From positions 33,916,001 through 33,980,000 of the forward strand of contig OZ076412.1 of NCBI GenBank assembly GCA_964187785.1: a DNA stretch of 64,000 nucleotides, in the 5' to 3' direction. Shown here in pieces: positions 38,064-49,809 of the stretch. Position 1 is the stretch's first letter, and the number at the start of each line of letters is the position of its first letter. The stretch is from Amphiscolops sp. MND2022. Its lineage: Eukaryota. The translations under genes were made by a program, and so were the position numbers. The notes beneath the pieces are model-generated. The model saw nothing but the letters and a program-made list of their open reading frames with translations. It ran no database searches and had not been told where the DNA came from.

Positions 38064-39299
38064 CTTGTGATAAAAGCGTTTTTCGAGACCGCAGTGATGA
38101 AAATTTATTAAGAGCCACCCTGAGCTTTTTAATGAGGCTCCGAGGTTTTTGAGTTTCGAGCGGAGCGCCGATAATGGACATTTCTGTCTTCTTTGTCCGT
38201 ATTCCCATATAGGAAAGGGAAATTATCTACATTTTTCACCACTTTCCCTTGCATATTCAAGTTTTCAACCCAAGTGATGAAAGTTCTTCCACAGATATCA
38301 ACTGTCATAATTTTGGTTCGTGGTGTATGTAACTGTAGATATATCCGAACGTTTTGTAGAACAAGTATTCTGAGCGTTTTTGATTGTTGAGAATTAGAAC
38401 ATCCACGAAAATCTAGAAGAGGAAACCGAAGATTTTAATGGAAAGACTTTAACGTGACACCGAAACTATCGAAACTTCCAACCTTTTCCAATTTTTTCCA
38501 GAAAGTTTTTGATAGGTGTGAAAAATTTTCTCCATGTCCAACGACGAAATATTCAGCTATGTATGACACTTATAACTTCTGACTATTTTCCAACTCTCTA
38601 GGAGAAATCTGACGTTTTTGTTCAAAATTTGATCCAGATGCCCCTGAATGTTTTTTTTCCAAAATTCGACCGGGTAGGTTGTATTTGTTCAGTTTTTGAA
38701 CGTTTGGAGTGTGTGAACATGCACAGAGTTCAAAGAAAAAACCTTTTATCAGCAATTTTTTGGATAGAGAAGTCCGAAGTTTGTGTTCCAAAAGAACTCA
38801 AAAGCTCATATAGAAAATTACCAATAATCCACGGTCTTCAGCGACGATAAGCAATTTCTTTGCAGTAATTGGATGTTCTGGTCTGTAGTGGCATCCACAC
38901 ATTTTGAAGACAAACCTGGCATAATTTTTAGTTGAGACAATTAGTTGATAATCCGTTTTTCACCTAAAAAAGCTTCGGAATGCTGAAGGTTCAATCGCTG
39001 AAAAATATATATCCCTCAATCCAGTGACTAAAAGGAATGATTTTTTTTGTTGAAGTCACCGGTGTCTTATACTTCTGTTGATTGTTTTTTTCTCAGACGG
39101 ATTTTGCGCTAACCATGCCAACCACCTTGATAACTGTTTTTTTGTCTTGTTTGATCTAAGATGTTTAGTAATCCCTTCAAACACCTGATTGACCGTAAAA
39201 TCTTTCATTGATAAGCCGTGAAATGATTGTCAGAAATGTCTAGACACCAAAATTACCGCTAATGAATACTTTTAATGCGTCTTTAAGTGCTTTGTTCGA

Positions 39300-40800
39300 T
39301 ACCCGTCATCTTGTATATGCGGATAGTTTGAGTTTGCAGTCTGTTTTAGTCATTATGAAAACCTCAATGTTTCCGAACTGGAACCTAGTATGAGGGTATT
39401 TGCGGAATTGAAGTGTGCCGAACTCGGTAGTTCTAAAATATTGTCTTGGTTTTCGAATGCTGCTATTTGTTCAGATGTTGTTTTCTAAAAATCGTTAAGA
39501 CTTTATCTGTAGATTAATTCCTACATATCTCGAATGACTAATGCATTGCCCCCAAGACTAATTGTATTTCTTTCTACTTTAGTGTTCTTCCACTTCTGCG
39601 TCTAATTTAATTCTGATCAGCAACGCCACAGACATACATATCGTTTATTTCGATTAAGTTACTGTTTTGTAGATATTAGATAATGACAGTTTCGTTATGT
39701 AATCGGTGCATTCTACAAGGAAATGGCCCCACTATTACAGTGGCTAATTTTCCCCTTGAAACCACGGAATGTATGCGAATAGTGCTGTCTCAACAATAGA
39801 AACTTTTCAACAGTCACAAGAAAAGCGTTTTTCGAGACCGCAGTAATGAAAATTTATCAAGAGCCATCTTGAGCTTTTTAATAAGGCTCCGAGATTTTTG
39901 AGCCTCGAGCGGAGCGCCGATTATGGACATTCCCGTCTTCTTTGTCCGTATTCCCACATAGGAAAGGGAAGTTCTCTACGTTTTTCATCTTTTTCCCTTG
40001 CATTTTCAAGTTTTAAACCCAAGTGATGAAAGTTCTTCCACAAATATCAATTCTCATAATTTTGGTTCGTAGTGTATGTAATTGTAGATATATCTGAACG
40101 TTTTGTAGAACAAGTATTCTGAGCGTTTTTGATTGTTGAGAATTAGAACATCCACGAAAATCTAGAAGAGGAAACCGAAGATTTTAATGGAAAGAGTTTA
40201 ACATGACACCATAACTATCCGATGTTCCAACCAAAAGTTTGAAGACAAAACATTTTATTAACGAATGTTTGAATAGAGCAATCCGAAGTTTGTGTTTCAA
40301 CAAATTTCGAGAAGCCCATAAGGAAAATTATGTTTTTCATGGAAATAGTTTAACATGACACCAAAACAATCGAAACTTCAAACCTTTTCCAATTTTTTTC
40401 TCAGGAAGTTTTTGATAGCTGTGAAAAATTTTCTCCATGTCCAACGACGAAATATTCAGCTATGTATGACACTTATAACTTCTCACCATTTTCCAACTCT
40501 CTAGAAGAAATCTGACGTTTCTTGTTCAAAATTTGCTCCAGATGCCCCCGAACGTATTTTTATCCGAAATTCGACCGTTAGGTTGTATTTGTACAGTTTT
40601 TGAACGTTTGGAGGATGTGAACATGCATAGAGTTCGAAGACAAAACCTTTTATTAGCAATTTTTTGGATAGAGAAGTCCGAAGTTTGTGTTCCTGAAAAC
40701 TCAAAAGCCCATATAGAAATATACCAATAATCCACGGTCTTCGGCGATGATAAGCAATTTCTTTGCAGTAATTGGATGTTCTGGTCTGTAGTGGCATCCA
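39300..40800 (-). pseudogene. Fossil non-LTR retrotransposon ORF2 (RT to C-terminal region, RTE/RTEX/CR1-like) forming the backbone of each monomer; representative copy
   Basis: Frame-shifted minus-strand peptides, pooled from several monomers, occur in RT order. CHYRP..KKLLIIAEDR resembles NYRPISL..K. MGF/FSGTQTSDFSIQKIANK..LCMFTSSKRSKTV resembles QxGFR..T.D.IF..F.D..KAFD.V. AEYFVVGHGENFS resembles F...GVRQGENLSP. IFVDVLIL resembles YADD. TKIM..LKMQGKKMKNVENFPFL resembles KTK.M..VE.F.YLG. Then come WG..HKILGLPSS..PLRI and DYSTYLSDV..KKAVTKVVRMVSA. Each motif is weak alone; the support is their colinearity and approximate spacing. Confidence 0.55.
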
Positions 40801-43800
40801 CACATTTTGAAGACAAACCTACCACAACTTGGCATAATTTTTAGTTGAGATATCCGTTTTTCACTTAAAAAAGCTTCGAAGTACTGAAGGTTCAATCGCT
40901 GAAAAAATATATTCCTCAATGATGAAATCAAAAAGGAATGATTTTTTGTTGAAGTCACCATTGTCTTTTACTTCTGTTGATTGGTTTTTCAGACGGGATT
41001 TGCGCTAACCATACCGACTACCTTGGTAACGGTTTTTTTTGTCTTGTTTGATCTAATATGTCTAGTAATCCATTCAGAGACCTGATTGACCGTAAACTCT
41101 TTCATTGATAAGCCGGAAAATGATTGTCAGGAAAGTCTAGATACCACCAAAATTACCGCTAATAAATACTTTTAATGCGTCTTTAAGTGCTGTGTTCGAT
41201 AAACATCATCTTGTATATGCGGATAGTTTGAGTGTGCGGTCTATGTTTTAATCCATATGAAATCCTCAATAGTTTCGAACTGGAACTTCGCATAAGGGTA
41301 TTTAGGGAATTCAAGTATGCCGAACTCGGTAATCCCTAAATTTTTTTTGTTTTTCGAATGCTGCTAATTGTTCAGATGTTGTTTTCTAAAAATCGTTAAG
41401 ACTTTATCTGTTGAATAATTCCTACATATATCGAATGATTATTGCATTGCCCTCAAGACTAATTGTACTTCTTTCTACTTTAGTGTTCTTCCACTTCTGC
41501 GTCTAATTTAATTCTGATCAGCAACGCCACAGACATACATATCGTTTATTTCGAATAAGTTATTGTTTTGTAGGTATAAGATAATGACAGTTTCGTTATG
41601 CATTCGGTGCATTCTACGAGGAAATGGCCCGACTATTACATTGGCTAATTTCCCCCCCGTGAAACCACGGAATGTATGCGAATAGCGCTTCATCAACAAT
41701 AGAAATTTTCCAACACTTGTGATAAAAGCGTTTTTCGAGACCGCAGTGATGAAAATTTATTAAGAGCCACCCTGAGCTTTTTATTGAGGCTCCGAGGTTT
41801 TTGAGCTTCGAGCGGAGCGCCGATAATGGACATTCCCGTCTTCTTTGTCCGTATTCCCATATAGGAAAGGGAAATTATCTACAATTTTCACCTTTTTCCC
41901 TTGCATATTCAAGTTTTCAACCCAAGTGATGAAAGTTCTTCCAGAGATATCAACTGTCATAATTTTGGTTCGTGGTGTGTGTAATTGTAGATATATCTGA
42001 ACGTTTTGTAGAACAAGTATTCTGTGCGTTTTTGATTGTTGAGAATTAGAACATCCACGAAAATCTAGAAGAGGAAACCGAAGATTTTAATTGAAACAGT
42101 TTAACGTGACACCGAAACTATCGAAACTTCCAACCGTTTCCATTTTTTTCTCAGGAAGTTTTTGATAGGTGTGAAATATTTTCCCCAAGTCCAAAGACGA
42201 AATATTCAGCTTTCTACGACACTCATAACTTCTGATTATCTTCTAACTTTCTAGAAGAAATCTGACCTTTTATGTTCAAAATTTGATCCAGATGCCCCTG
42301 AATGTTTTTTTTTCCCAAAATTCGACCGTGTAGGTTGTATTTGTACTGTTTTTGAACGTTTGGAGTGTGTGAACATGCACAGAGTTCGAAGAAAAAACCT
42401 TTTATCAGCAATTTTTTGGATAGAGAAGTCCGAAGTTTGTGTTCCAAAAAAAACTCAAAAGCTCATATAGAAAATTACCAATAATCCACGGTCTTCGGCG
42501 ACGATAAGCAATTTCTTTGCAGTAATTGGATGTTCTGGTCTGTAGTGGCATCCACACATTTTGAAGACAAACCTGGCATAATTTTTAGTTGAGTTATCCG
42601 TTTTTCACTTAAAAAAGCTTCGAAGTACTGAAGGTTCAATCACTAAAAAATATATTCCTCAATGATGAAATCAAAAAGGAATGATTTTTTGTTGAAGTCA
42701 CCATTGTCTTTTACTTCTGTTGATTGGTTTTTCAGACGGGATTTGCGCTAACCATACCGACTACCTTGGTAACGGTTTTTTTTTGTCTTGTTTGATCTAA
42801 TATGTCTAGTAATCCATTCAGAGACCTGATTGACCGTAAACTCTTTCATTGATAAGCCGGAAAATGATTGTCAGGAAAGTCTAGATACCACCAAAATTAC
42901 CGCTAATAAATACTTTTAATGCGTCTTTAAGTGCTGTGTTCGATAAACATCATCTTGTATATGCGGATAGTTTGAGTGTGCGGTCTATGTTTTAATCCAT
43001 ATGAAATCCTCAATAGTTTCGAACTGGAACTTCGCATAAGGGTATTTAGGGAATTCAAGTATGCCGAACTCGGTAATCCCTAAATTTTTTTTGTTTTTCG
43101 AATGCTGCTAATTGTTCAGATGTTGTTTTCTAAAAATCGTTAAGACTTTATCTGTTGAATAATTCCTACATATATCGAATGATTAATGCATTGCCCTCAA
43201 GACTAATTGTACTTCTTTCTACTTTAGTGTTCTTCCACTTCTGCGTCTAATTTAATTCTGATCAGCAACGCCACAGACATACATATCGTTTATTTCGAAT
43301 AAGTTATTGTTTTGTAGGTATAAGATAATGACAGTTTCGTTATGCATTCGGTGCATTCTACGAGGAAATGGCCCGACTATTACATTGGCTAATTTCCCCC
43401 CCGTGAAACCACGGAATGTATGCGAATAGCGCTTCATCAACAATAGAAATTTTCCAACACTTGTGATAAAAGCGTTTTTCGAGACCGCAGTGATGAAAAT
43501 TTATTAAGAGCCACCCTGAGCTTTTTATTGAGGCTCCGAGGTTTTTGAGCTTCGAGCGGAGCGCCGATAATGGACATTCCCGTCTTCTTTGTCCGTATTC
43601 CCATATAGGAAAGGGAAATTATCTACAATTTTCACCTTTTTCCCTTGCATATTCAAGTTTTCAACCCAAGTGATGAAAGTTCTTCCAGAGATATCAACTG
43701 TCATAATTTTGGGTCGTGGTGTGTGTAATTGTAGATATATCTGAACGTTTTGTAGAACAAGTATTCTGTGCGTTTTTGATTGTTGAGAATTAGAACATCC

Positions 43801-45903
43801 ACGAAAATCTAGAAGAGGAAACCGAAGATTTTAATTGAAACAGTTTAACGTGACACCGAAACTATCGAAACTTCCAACCGTTTCCATTTTTTTCTCAGGA
43901 AGTTTTTGATAGGTGTGAAATATTTTCCCCAAGTCCAAAGACGAAATATTCAGCTTTCTACGACACTCATAACTTCTGATTATCTTCTAACTTTCTAGAA
44001 GAAATCTGACCTTTTATGTTCAAAATTTGATCCAGATGCCCCTGAATGTTTTTTTTCCAAAATTCGACCGTGTAGGTTGTATTTGTACTGTTTTTGAACG
44101 TTTGGAGTGTGTGAACATGCACAGAGTTCGAAGAAAAAACCTTTTATCAGCAATTTTTTGGATAGAGAAGTCCGAAGTTTGTGTTCCAAAAAAAACTCAA
44201 AAGCTCATATAGAAAATTACCAATAATCCACGGTCTTCGGCGACGATAAGCAATTTCTTTGCAGTAATTGGATGTTCTGGTCTGTAGTGGCATCCACACA
44301 TTTTGAAGACAAACCTGGCATAATTTTTAGTTGAGTTATCCGTTTTTCACTTAAAAAAGCTTCGGAGTGCTGAAGGTTCAATCGCTGAAAAATATATATG
44401 CCTCAATGCAGCGACAAAAAGGAATGATTTTTTCGTTGAAGTCACCGGTGTCTTATACTTCTGTTAATTGTTTTTTTTTCAGACGGAATTTGCGCTAACC
44501 ATGCCAACCACCTTGATAACGGCTTTTTTGTCTTGTTTGATCTAAGATGTTTAGTAATCCCCTCAAAGACCTGATTGACCGTAAAATCTTTCATTGATAA
44601 GCCGTAAAATGATTGTCAGAATTGTCTAGACGCCAAAATTACCGCTAATAAATACTTTTAATGCGTCTTTAAGTGCTGCGTTCGATACACGTCATCTTGT
44701 ATATGCGGATAGTTTGAGTTTGCAGTCTGTTTTAGTCATTATGAAATCCTCAATGTTTTCGAACTGGAACCTAGTATAAGGGAATTTGCGGAATTGAAGT
44801 GTGCCGAACTCGGTAGTTCTAAAATAGTGTTGGTTTTCGAATGCTGCTAATTGTTCAGATGTTGTTTTCTGAAAATTGTTAAAGACTATTTAGCTGTTGA
44901 TTAATTTCTACATTTATCGAATGATTGTTGCATTGCCCCAAGACTATTTGTACTTCTTTCTACTTTAGTGTTCTTCCACTTCTGCCTCTAATGTATTTCT
45001 GATCAGCAACGCCACAGACATACATATCGTTTATTTCAAATAAGTTACTGTTTTGTAGATATTAGATAATGACAGTTTCGTTATGTATTCGGTGCATTCT
45101 ACGAGGAAATGGCCCGACTATTACAGTGGCTAATTTTCTCCTTGAAACCACGGAATGTATGCGAATAGTGCTGTCTCAACAATAGAAACTTTTCAACAGT
45201 CACAAGAAAAGCGTTTTTCGAGACCGCAGTAATGAAAATTTATCAAGAGCCATCTTGAGTTTTTTAATAAGGCTCCGAGATTTTTGAGCCTCGAGCGGAG
45301 CGCCGAATATGGACATTCCCGTCTGCTTTGTCCGTATTCCCATATAGGAAAAGGAAGTTATGTACATTTTTTCATCCTTTTACCTTGCATATTAAAGTTG
45401 TAAACCAAAATGATGAAAGTTCTTTCCTAGATATCAACTACCATAAATCAGTTTTGTGATGTTTGTAATTGTAGAGATATCCGAACGTTTTGTAAAACAC
45501 CTATTCTGAGCGTTTTTGATTGTTAAGAAGTAAAACATTTAAAATTTAGAAGAGGAAACCGAAGTTTTTAATGGAAAAAATTTATCATGACTTCAAAACT
45601 ATCGGAACTTCCAACCTTTTCATATTTTTTTCTCTTGAAGTTCTATACAGTTTTTGATAGGTGTGAGATGTTTTCACCATGTCCAACGACGAAATATTCA
45701 GCTATCTATGACATACATAACTTCATTCTTCTAACTTTTTAGAAGAATTCTGACGTTTTTTCAAAATTTGCCCAAGATGCCTCTGAACGTTTTTTTTTCC
45801 AAATTTCGACCGTGTTAAGCTGTTTTTGTACAGTGTTTGAACGTTTGCTGAATGTGAACATGTTTGCTGAGTTCGTACACAAAACCTTTTGTTAGCAATT
45901 TTT

Positions 45904-46539
45904 AGGAGTCGGAAAAAATTTTCGACTACTTATGCAATCGTGTTTTTTTTTCTCCCGACCTTTTCATGGAAATTTCAAATTTCTCAAAAACCGTCCATAC
46001 GATTTTTATAAAATTTTGCACAGTCATTCTACACCCAAAGGGGCCCCTGCGTGTGCAAAGGCATCAAAATCGTATGGCTGGGATGTGAGAAACATAGCCA
46101 AAATTAGCCCAAAAATGGCCAAAAAACAGTCATTTTTCAACTTTTTTCGATTTTCTCAAAAACTGTCCATACGATTCGAACGAAATTTTCTACAGTTATT
46201 CCACGCCATATTAGAGTCATATATGTGCAATGACATCAAAATCATATGGCTGGGATGTGAGAAACATAGCCAAACGTAGCCCAAAAATGGCCAAAAAACC
46301 GCCATTTTTCGACTTTTTTCGATTTTCTCGAAAACTGTCCATACGATTCGAACGAAATTTTCTACAGTTATTCTACACCATATTAGAGTCCTATATGTGC
46401 AATGGCATCAAAATCGTATGGCTGGGATGTGAGAAACATAGCCAAAATTAGCCCAAAAATGGTCAAAAAAAAGGGCCATTTTTCGACTTCAGAAGGAAAA
46501 AGACCTAAGCCGACTCCTTTACCGCACATGCGGCTCTGG
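45904..46539 (+). mobile_element. Complete DINE-1/HINE-type non-autonomous Helentron-associated element with three ~172-bp internal tandem repeats
   Basis: 5' subTIR AGGAGTCGG (45904-45912) with an adjacent inverted repeat (AGTCGGAAAAAATTTTCGACT). 3' subTIR CCGACTCCT (46510-46518). 3' hairpin CCGCA-CA-TGCGG (46522-46533). Inserted into the T-run of the monomer motif AGCAATTTTT..ATAGAGAAGTCCG without a TSD. Internal repeat anchors at 45991, 46163 and 46335. Confidence 0.85.
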
Positions 46540-47915
46540 TTTTAATATAGAAGTCCGAAGTTTGTGTTCCAAAAAAACTCAAAAGCGCATATAGAAAGTT
46601 ACCAATATTCCACTGTCTTTGGCGATGATAAGCAATTTCTTCACAGTAATTGGATGTTCCGGTCTGGAGTGGCATCCACACATTTTGAAGACAAACCTAC
46701 CACAACTTGGCATAATTTTTAGTTGAGATACCTGTTTATCACTTAAAAACACTTCGAAGTGCTGAAGATTCAATCGCTGAAATTTATATATCCCTCAATG
46801 CAGCGACAAAAAGGAATGATTTTTTGTTGAAGTCACCCTTGTCTTACACCTCTGTTGATTGGTTTTCTCAGACGGGATTTGAGTTAACCATACTAACCAC
46901 CTTGGTAACAGGGCTTTTTTGTCTTGTTTGATCTAGTATGTTTAGTAATCCATTCAAAGACCTGATTGACCGTAAACTCTTTCATCGATAAGCCGTAAAA
47001 TGATTGTCAGAAAAGTCTAAACGCCAAAATTTTTGCTAATAACTACTTCTAATGCGTCTTTAAATGCTGTGTTCGATACACATCATCTTGTATATGCGGA
47101 GAGTGTGCGGTCTATGTTTTAGTCATTATGAAATCCTCAATGTTTTCGAACTGGAATCTCGTATAAGGGTTTTTGCGGAATTGAAGTGTGCCGAACTCGG
47201 TAGTCCCAAAGTTCTGTCTTGGTTTTCGAATGCTGCTATTTGTTTAGATGTTTTTTTCTAAAAATCGTGAAAGACTATCTGTTGGTTACTTTCTACATAT
47301 ATCGAATGATTGTTGCATTGCCCGCAAGACTAATTGTACTTTTTACTTTAGTGCTTCTTCCACTTCTGCGTCTAGTGTAATTCTGATCAGCAACGCCACA
47401 GAAATACATATATCTTATTTCAAATAAGTTACTGTTTTGTAGATATTAGATAATGAAAGGTTCGATATGTAATCGGCGCATTTGTTGAGGAAATGGGCCC
47501 CCGACTATTACAGTGGCTACTTGTCCCCGTGCGGATAGTTTGAGTTTGCGGTCTATGTTTTAGTTATTATGAAATCCTCAATGTTTTCGAACTGGAACCT
47601 AGTATAAGGGTATTTGTGGAATTGAAGTGTGCCGAACTCGGTAGTCCCAAATTTTTGTCTTGGTTTTCGAATGCTGCTAAGTGTTCAGATGTTTTGAAAA
47701 TCGTTAAAGACTTTTTATCTGTTGATTAATTTCTACATATATCGAATGATTGTTGCATTGCCCCCCAGACTAGTTTTACTTCTTTTTTACTCTAGTGCTT
47801 CTTCCACTTCTGCGTCTTACGTAATTCTGATCAGCAACGCCACCTACATACATATCGTTTATTCCAAATAAGTTACTGTTTTGTAGATATTAGATAATGA
47901 CAGTTTCGATATCTA

Positions 47916-48345
47916 ATCGGCGCATGCTGTAGGAACATGGGCCTGACTTTTACAATGACTAGTTTTTCCCGGAAAACCAGGGAATGTATGCGATTTGTGC
48001 TTTCTCAACAATAGAAACTTTTTCCATTAACAAAACCCAGACTTTGAACTCCAGTAGCCATGCAAACTACCTGAGACGGCTGTCGGTTCGATGTCTATGA
48101 CTAAATGCCTTTGTTTGGAAACAGTTGACGTATCAAAGGTCATTCTTTTGGTTCCAAGGCACTGTGCGACGTTTTTTGAAAAAATCCATCAAATTGGGTA
48201 TTTTTTGATGGTTTTTACTAGAAGAAAAGCGTTTTTCGAGACCACAGTAATGAAAATTTTTTGAAAGCAACCCTGAGATTCTTAATAAGGCTTCGAGCTT
48301 TCTGAGCCTCGAGCGGAGCGCCGATTATAGACATTCCCGTCTTCT
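47916..48345 (+). mobile_element. DINE-1/HINE-like non-autonomous Helentron-type element embedded in the monomers (longest copy; shorter copies e.g. 872-1204)
   Basis: Subterminal inverted pair ATCGGCGC (47916-47923) and GCGCCGAT (48318-48325), with a partial inner inverted repeat after the 5' copy (GGCCCGACT in most monomers). A short hairpin AGAC-ATTCCC-GTCT follows (48329-48342), then T-rich sequence. The 5' ~80 bp and the GGCACTGTGCGAC motif are shared with the free-standing element at 60913. Confidence 0.65.
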
Positions 48346-49809
48346 TTGTCCATTGTCCCATATGGGAAAGGGAAGTTATGTAAATGTTTTTCTCTTTTTC
48401 CCTTGCATATCCAACATTTCAACCCAAATGATGGAAGTTCTTTCACAGATATCAACTACCATAAATTAGTTCTGTGATGTATGTATTTGTAAAGATATCT
48501 GAACGTTTTGTAAAACAATTATTCTGGGCGTTTTCGATTGTTAAGGGGTAAAACATCCACAAAAAATCTATAAGAGGAAATCGAAGTTTTTAATGGAAAA
48601 AGTTTAACGTGACACCGAAACTATCGAAACTTCCAACCTTTTCCAATTTTTTTCTCAGGAAGTTGCGTACAGTTTTTGATAGGTGTGAAAAATTTTCACC
48701 AAGTCCAACGACGAATTATTCAGCTATATATGACACACATAACTTCTGACTATCATCTAACTTTTTAGAAGAAATCTGACGTTTTTTGTTCAAAATTTGC
48801 CCTAGATGCCGCTCAACGCTGTTTCCCAAAATTCGACCGTGTTAGATTAATTTCCTGCAGTTTTTGAATGTTTGGTGGATGTGAACATGCACAGAGTTCG
48901 AAGACAAAACCTTTTAGCAGCAAATTTTTGAATAGAGAAATCGGACGTTTGCGTTTCAAAAAAACTCGAAAAGCCCATGAGGAAAATTACCAATAATCCA
49001 CGATCTTCGGCGATGACAGTAGTTGGATGTTCTGTTCTGTAGTGGCATTCACACAGTTTGAAAATAAACCTACAACTTGGCATAAGTTTAAGTTGAGAAA
49101 TTCGTTATTGATTTCAAAAAGCTTCGAAGTGCTGAAGGTGCAATTGCTTAAAAAAGTATATCCCTCAATGTAGCGGCAAAAGGATTGGTTATTTGTTGAC
49201 TTCGCCATTGTCTTATACTTCTGTTGATTGGTTTTCTTAGACGGGATTTGCGCTAGTCATACCAACCACCTTGGTACCGGCTTTTTTTGTCTTGTTTGAA
49301 GTCTTGTTCGTGCTAAACATTTGACAAATATGTTGAGTAATCCATTCAAAGACCCAATTGACCGTAAAATCTTTTTGATAAGCCGTAAAATGATCGTCAG
49401 ATAAAGCCTAGACGCCAAAATTACCTTTAATAAATACTTTTGATGTGTCTTTAAGTGCTGTGTTCGATACACATCATCTTGTATATGCGGATCGTTTGAG
49501 TGTGCGGTCTATGTTTTAGTCATTATGAAATCCTCAATGTTTTTGAACTGGAATATCGTAGAAGGGTTTTTGCTGGATTGAGTGTGCCGAACTTGGTAGT
49601 CCCAATGTTTTGTGTTGGTTTTCGAATGCTGCAAACTGTTCAGATGCTAACTGTTTTTGTAGTTCTTCCACTTCTGCGTCTGATGTATTTATCTGATTCT
49701 TATATCTGATATAATTATGTAATCTGGTGACCCCTACATGTGGGCCACGTCAAAAAAATAAACATATACCAGTCACTTTAATAAGAGTTCAGTTTTACGG
49801 GTTTTTTTT

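Noticed and set aside
45932..46451. 115-aa and 73-aa ORFs as genes (likewise the ORFs at 60925-61409)
   Set aside because: They fall within the internal repeats of non-coding HINE-type elements.
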